Source of the DNA: Scyliorhinus canicula
Lineage: Eukaryota
Direction of reading: 5' to 3'
Assembly: GCF_902713615.1 (NCBI RefSeq)
Contig: NC_052160.1
Span: 137,310,737 to 137,374,736, forward strand
Length of the DNA stretch: 64,000 bases
Below the pieces are notes generated by a model. The model saw only the letters and a program-made list of their open reading frames with translations, did not search any database and was not told the origin of the DNA. The position numbers were made by a program, and so were the translations under genes. Shown here piece after piece: positions 61,381-64,000 of this stretch (positions are counted from its first letter, which is position 1; each line of letters starts with the position of its first letter).

Positions 61381-61957
61381 GGTACCCCACATGCCATCTG
61401 GACATTGCAACTCAGCGGGGGATCGCTTGGTTCCCCGATGCAGGTGGGTGAGGGGCTGGCTCGTGGGTGACAGTTGTTATCAACTTTGGTCATGGCTGAT
61501 TAGACCTATCCGGAGGCCACAGACTGGAGTGGCGACGCCCCCTGCCCACACCACACTGGCACCCCCCCCCCCTGTGATTTCTACGTGTCTCACTACGGGG
61601 TGCTGACCCTAGGTTGGCAGTATCCCTGGCTCTGTGTCTGCTCCAACATCGATGGGTCTGCTCTTTCCAGATGCCCTAGGCCCCTCTGGATGGCATCTAG
61701 TCCTTGGGGTCGGCCAAACCTCCGACCGTCCGACTCCTCGGGGGTACCTACCTCCACCTGATGCACTGCTTCACGTGTGTGGTGTGCATCAGATAGTGCC
61801 ACAGGAGCCTCTTCACTATAATGCCCAACTGAAGTGAGTGTCTCTGGGTGAGTGTCTCTGGGTGAGTGTCTCTGGGGTTGGAGACAGCTATGATGGAAAG
61901 TCAGTGTCGTCCTGCAAGACGCAAGACATGACGCATGGTTGGATGGTGGAGGGGATC

Positions 61958-62302
61958 ATAGCATTTTCAGTGCAGAAGGAGACCATTCGGCCCATCGAGT
62001 CTGCACCGGCTCTTGGAAAGAGCACCCTACCCAAGGTCAATACCTCCACCCTATCCCCATAACCCAGTAACCCCACCCAACACTAAGGGCAATTTTGGAC
62101 ACTAAGGTCAATTTATCATGGCCAATCCACCTTTCCTGCACATTTTTGGACTGTGGGAGGAAACCGGAGCACCCGGAGGAAACCCACGCACACACGGGGA
62201 GGATGTGCAGACTCCGCGCAGACAGTGACCCAAGCCGGAATCGAACCTGGGACCCTGGAGCTGTGAAGCGATTGTGGTATCCACAATGCTACCGTGCTGC
62301 CC
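61958..62302 (-). mobile_element. HE1-type SINE
   Basis: As 4021-4373. Confidence 0.9.
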
Positions 62303-62334
62303 TTGGTGGAGGGGTGGTGTGGAAGTGGCGGTGT

Positions 62335-62695
62335 TAGGGTGGGGAGGCGGTGGGTGGTGTGGGGGTGGTGGGTGGTGTGGGGGTGGTGGGTGGTGAGGGG
62401 GCGGTGGGTGGTGTGGGGGTGGTGGGTGGTGTGGGGGCGGTGGGTGGTGTGGGGGTGGTGGGTGGTGTGGGGGCGGTGGGTGGTGTGGGGGCGGTGGGTG
62501 GTGTGGGGGCGGTGGGTGGTGTGGGGGCGGTGGGTGGTGTGGGGGTGGTGGGTGGTGTGGGGATGGTGGGTGGTGTGGAGGAGGTGGGTGGTGTGGGGGC
62601 GGGGGGTGGTGTGGCGGCGGGGGGTGGTGTGGGGGCGGTGGGTGGTGTGGGGGTGGTGGGTGGTGTGGGGGCGGTGGGTGGTGTGGGGGCGGAGG
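62335..62695. repeat. G-rich 18-bp tandem repeat (GGGGGCGGTGGGTGGTGT)n, about 20 copies
   Basis: Directly visible; multiple G3+ tracts. Confidence 0.95.
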
Positions 62696-63016
62696 AGTGG
62701 AGGAGTGGACCAGGGTGTCATGAAGGGAGCAGTCCCTGCAGAATGCTAACAGAATGCTAACAGGGTGGATAACAAAAAGATGTTTTCCATGGTGGCATCA
62801 TGCTGGAGTTGGGATAAATGGCGGAGGATGATCCTCTCAATGCAAAAGCCGGTGGGGTAGAAAGTGAGACCCGATCATGCCTCTGGGAGGAATGTGAAAG
62901 GCGAAGGACAAATGTGTGGGAGGAGGGTCGAAATCGGTTGAATTACCCTTCAACCACAAGGAGGGGAAAACTCGGTTAAGAAAAAAGGCAAACATTTCAG
63001 CAGCGCCATACCAGCA

Positions 63017-63322
63017 GGGCGGCATGGTAGCACAGTGGTTAGCACTGTCGCTTCACAGCTCCAGGGTCACAGGCTCGATTCCGGCTTTGGTCACTGTCTG
63101 TGTGGAGTCTGCATGTTCTCCCTGTGTCTGCGTGGGTTCCCGCCGGGAGTTCCGGTTTCTTCCCACAGTTCAAAGATGCCCAGGTTCGGTGGATTGCTGT
63201 GCTAAATTGTTCTTAGAGTCCAAAGGGGTTGGGTGGGGTTGCTGGTTTACAGTAATAGGGCGGGGGTGTGGGCTTAAGTCGGGTGCTCTTTCCAAGGGCC
63301 TGTGCAGACTCGATGGGCCGAA
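63017..63322 (+). mobile_element. HE1-type SINE
   Basis: A and B boxes; tail partly missing. Confidence 0.85.
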
Positions 63323-63586
63323 TTCTGTGTCTACGTCTATCAGAAAAGATACAATACAGCTGGAGAAACTGGGAGAATGGGTACCCATAGCCACACCTTT
63401 ATTTTCAGAAAGTGAGACAAGTTAAAGAAGAACATTTTGAGTGACAGAACAAGTTCAACTAGACGGAGGAGAGTGGTGGTGGTTGGGGTTTGTCCAGGTC
63501 TCTGCTGAAGGAAGAAGTGATGACCCCTTAGACCCTCCTGGTGGTGGATGGAGGTGTAGAGGGATTGGACAACCCTTAGAGATAGA

Positions 63587-63877
63587 GATAGAGATAGAGA
63601 TAGAGAAATACAGCACAGAACAGGCCCTTCGGCCCACGATGTTGCGCCGAACTTTTGTCCTAGGTTAATCATAGAATTTTGGACAATTTTTCATGGCCAA
63701 TCCACCCAACCTGCACATCTTTGGACTGTGGGAGGAAACCGGAGCACCCGGAGGAAACCCACGCAGTCACGGGGAGGACGTGCAGACTCCACACAGACAG
63801 TGACCCAAGTCGAAATCGAACTTGGGACCCTGGAGCTGTGAAGCAATTGTGCTTTCCACAATGCTACCGTGCTGCCC
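63587..63877 (-). mobile_element. HE1-type SINE with internal deletion and (GAGATA)n tail repeat
   Basis: Head ends ctaccgtgctgccc; hexamer repeat at 63589-63606. Confidence 0.85.
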
Positions 63878-64000
63878 TTAAGAAGTTAACCTACACTCCA
63901 TTATTCTACCCTAATCCAAGTACTTATCCAATAGCCGCTTGAAGGTCCCTAACTTTTCCGACTCAACTACTACCACAGGCAGTGCATTCCATGCCCCCAC

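Noticed and set aside
62116-62760. His/Thr/Pro-rich and Gly/Val/Trp-rich ORFs of 136-201 aa
   Set aside because: They are translations of an 18-bp stop-free tandem repeat plus SINE sequence.

Overview
This is eukaryotic, repeat-dominated genomic DNA from a cartilaginous fish, most likely a shark, judged from abundant HE1-type tRNA-derived SINEs that share their 3' tails with CR1 LINEs. The host genes form a cluster of immunoglobulin-superfamily receptors of the CD300/CMRF35/pIgR/TREM-like type, resembling the skate MDIR family. Gene B (+) can be assembled by hand from canonical splice sites into a 289-codon frame with no stops: leader 29273-29324, V-type Ig 30549-30869, second Ig domain 36705-37022, Ser/Thr stalk 37648-37732 and an Arg-containing TM exon 44268-44358. 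A tyrosine-free tail exon near 49101-49154 is only tentative. The rest of the cluster comprises a divergently oriented paralog A (-; leader 10309-10345 and TM exon 178-268, with no recognisable Ig exons between them), a broken orphan V exon (23434 to about 23730) and the leader exon of a third paralog C (59248-59284). All three leader exons share an identical 24-bp GATA-containing intronic element; A and C also share a RUNX + PU.1/ETS upstream module. The remaining sequence is decayed transposons (Gypsy, Copia-type, solo LTRs, CR1, L1-like, L2, RTE, Rex1/Babar, PIF/Harbinger relics and MITEs, several SINE families), a 22-bp minisatellite of about 2.2 kb and a G-rich 18-bp repeat. All assignments come from manual reading and motif recognition; no searches were run, and TE boundaries are approximate.
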